A stretch of 63,994 nt of DNA, counting the filler, from Dirinaria sp. TL-2023a (lineage: Eukaryota): the NCBI GenBank assembly GCA_051941275.1. It is 3 parts of 3 records of this genome, joined end to end, with 100 filler letters (N's around TTAATTAATTAA, not from the genome) between each part and the next. Parts side by side here need not be neighbours in the genome. Positions count along the whole stretch, not along the records: positions 44,722 to 63,994 come from JAVEBF010000343.1; 2 more parts are not named here. The stretch is one strand, 5' to 3'. The notes beneath the pieces were generated by a model. It saw nothing but the letters and a program-made list of their open reading frames with translations. It was not told the DNA's origin and searched no databases. This document shows, in pieces, positions 61,170 to 63,994 of the stretch (the first letter of the stretch is position 1; each line of letters opens with the position of its first letter). Position numbers and translations under genes: made by a program.

Positions 61170-62316
61170 GGTTAATGAGGCGAACCTATAGCTAGACAGC
61201 AGATGCTTCGTTCGTGCTCTTCATGAGGGAGGGTTCACGTTAGCACGCGGGAGGCGTAGCGTGGACTACTTTGTCACGAGAAAACAATTCATATATTATA
61301 TTTTAAGAGCAACTACCTATCTAACCAACCAACATTCTTCTTTTCCTTCATTGAGTCCCACTGCCCGCCCGAACACACAATCTTGACTTTACTACCACCA
61401 ACCCCGGCCCCTCTTCAAATAATATTCACTCCCACCCATCTACCTTCCCTCCAACCCCTTTCATACTCCTATAAATTCTCCAATCTCCAACACCTTCTGC
61501 CTTCTCAAGAGGCGAGCACATTCACGATGCACCACTCCCTTCGATCATAACTCCATAAAACACAGATGTCCATGAATAAGCTCCTCCTCAACCCGAGCTC
61601 AATCTTCTGAGAAACATACGAAAATTTTTATCAAAACGCGCAGTACTGGACAGGAGAGATCGAAATGAGTTGTCAAGCGTTTTTCTGCTTCGTTACACTG
61701 CGTTAGTCGAATCGATGTCCTCCCCCAGAGACCCCACACTCTGTGCTCTAGCTGATTGAACCAGCTTTCTTTACTTCTCTTGCACCTCAATGTCTCAGAA
61801 TTAGATCTTTCAAATTCGGTTCTCCTTTTTAACCTCTTTATTAATTATACGACGTGGTCGATTTGATAGTGACGCTCTGATGATGGCGATCCAATCCATT
61901 ATCATCTCGTGAAAACTTTTTTGACTCAAAATTCGCACTTTCGGAAAGTAATAAATTTGAAAGTTACAATTCTGAAACATCAAGATGTCGAACCAGAGAC
62001 ACAAGTAGATGAAAATTGGTCCTATGGAGAAGTGGTGTACTAAGGTAAGCTCGTAAGGTGGGTAGCAAACGCGCCAAGGAATTCATGACTGATTAAGCCT
62101 AGCGCCTTTCCATGGGCATACCTCATATCGCCAATATCGACTTAGGAAACGATCACGCACCTCACTTGACCAGTCAGAAACGATAGAATGGCGGACGTCA
62201 TCGGGAGGGTCCAAGATTCTGTTCTCGTTACTTGCTTGCTCTTCCGCTTCTCTCCTTTCTCTTTGCTCTCAAGCTTTTGAGATGTTTACTGGAGAGCCAC
62301 CACCGGATTCAGGACG

Positions 62317-62470
62317 CCTGGACATCTTCGAGGGTGACCAATATACCCGTCAGAGCGTGCGCGTTAGGCTCCTGGCCATCTGCGAAGGTGACCAATATAC
62401 CCGTCAGAACGTGCGCGTTAGGCTCCTGGGCATCTCCGAAGGCGACCAATATACCTGTCAGAACATTGCG
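62317..62470. repeat. Tandem repeat, about 3 copies of a 54-bp unit
   Basis: g(t/c)gaccaatatacc at 62334, 62388 and 62442. Confidence 0.92.
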
Positions 62471-62839
62471 TGGAAGGCTTCTTGACCAGGTAGGTTGCCG
62501 GTTGAAAAACGCTAGATGCAGCCACAATGGGCCGAATCTCTCTGTTCTCGTTCTCTGCTTTCCTCCTCCTTCCTCTTCTCAGCTTCTTCTTTAGCTGAAA
62601 CCTTGTAAGCTTTCGAGATCTTCACTGCAAATCCCGATTTCTATCTTCAAGCTATCAGATCCGCCTTCTACCTCTCACCAAAGCTACATCATGGACTGTT
62701 GCTTTTGGGAGCAGAGTCTCTCAAATGATGTTGCGTCATGATTTAGTTGATAGCAAACCCTACGCGGTTAGACTTGCCTTTTCATTAATCATGATGGAGA
62801 AAGCCAACAATACTAGCTGCTAACATGTTGCGCAAACAG

Positions 62840-63165
62840 TGCAGAACGCCACCGCCAGCATCAGTATCACCAGCAACCACCGGGCCCCTCCAATATGATT
62901 GCACGTAAATGCTATCTATGTAATGAGAAAGGCCACGTCAAGAAAGATTGTCCTCCCCTACGGGTCTCCACTAGCCGTTGCGCGAACAGCAGTAACACAC
63001 TACCACGATCACCACCAATACCATTCTCACCGCTATTATCACAAGCACATTCTCTACCTCCTCTACTCCAATGGCATGTAGATGCTGGGCATGCAATGAG
63101 AAAGGCGACATCGGAGCCGATTGCACCTCCTTCCGCGCTTTTCGCCGAGTCGTTCAGCAGTTCGT
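62840..63165 (+). pseudogene. CCHC zinc-knuckle fragments (degenerate gene or gag-like relic)
   Basis: KCYLCNEKGHVKKDCP in one frame and a second, degenerate RCWACNEKGDIGADC in another frame. Confidence 0.5.
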
Positions 63166-63994
63166 AAGTTTTTTGTGTATTCTTGTTACAATCATGCCTG
63201 CAACTAACTCTCAGCGTCGAGAGAAGCGCTCCTTCATAGAGAAGATCTCATATGATACATGCATCCAGTGCGCTTTCTGCTCGCTCACGCTTCCTCTATC
63301 TCACACTGAGGGGATGCTCTTTGACTGACTATGCTCTGTACTGATCTGAGCTAATATGTCCTTTTTCGACGCCGTCGTAGGAGTCGGGGCCAGAAACGGC
63401 GAAGGAGCGGCGGTGGCCCAGCGAGATCCAAAAGGCTCAAGAGCGCCGCGGCGGCCGCCTCCATGCTAGACGTGGGAACTCCAGGGGCTACGGGGGACAG
63501 TTGAAGGTAACTGGGAGCGAAACCACTAGAGCCCCGGCGCTGAGACCGTCAAGGGCGCTGAGACCGTCGAGGGCACCAAGAGAGGGGTGGAAGAGGCGGA
63601 AAAGGATGAGGAGCAGAAGGGAGGAAAGGAAGAGCGAGACCGGGAGGAGAAGCCGGGAAGAAGGCAGAACCGAACAACAGGGCGGAGTAGAATATATAGC
63701 ATTCACTCGAAGTACTATAGCCTTCCTTTGCATTCAAGATCAGAATATCGACAACCATCAAGCAAAGTAGTACTCAAATCCTTCTACCATCTACACCTGC
63801 ATCCCTCTCTCTTGTATAATAGCTCTATCAGGTAATGTCGACGGCCGCAAGTCAATTCATAGAATGGAGGATGGACGCTGCAAGCATCATAGGCGATGCA
63901 GGTTCTGAAATGGGGCCTTGCTCGCAGAGCTGCTGCTAGCTAAGTGTCTGCAGCTGACACAGAGTCGTCTTGAGAAGGGACCAAGGCAGTATTC

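Overview
Eukaryotic DNA from a filamentous ascomycete (short GT-AG introns with CTRAC-type branch points; lichen-forming Lecanoromycetes is a guess). Two artificial N/TTAATTAATTAA linkers (22270-22369, 44622-44721) divide the window into three blocks, so adjacency across them is unproven. Block 1 is mostly housekeeping (EMP65/TAPT1-like, KCH1-like, BCKDH E1-beta, COX15, Mx-like dynamin, KRS1), plus an orphan membrane/coiled-coil gene with tandem repeats upstream, inside and downstream. Block 2 holds a CFEM type-I membrane protein, an FAD monooxygenase, nudE and the two most unusual loci. The first is a Mutator-transposase-type Zn DNA-binding domain fused in one exon to a biuret-hydrolase-like isochorismatase whose catalytic Cys is replaced by Ser, next to an amino-acid/amine permease with clustered GATA sites. 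The second is a predicted single gene with the order carrier (T) - condensation (C) - Pcs60/AAE3-type oxalate-CoA ligase, ending in a peroxisomal SRL signal. Block 3 holds a terpenoid cluster: a DHA2 MFS exporter, a 10-exon class I terpene synthase that appears in the ORF track only as fragments, and two divergent paralogous P450s. All gene models were spliced by hand; no searches were run.
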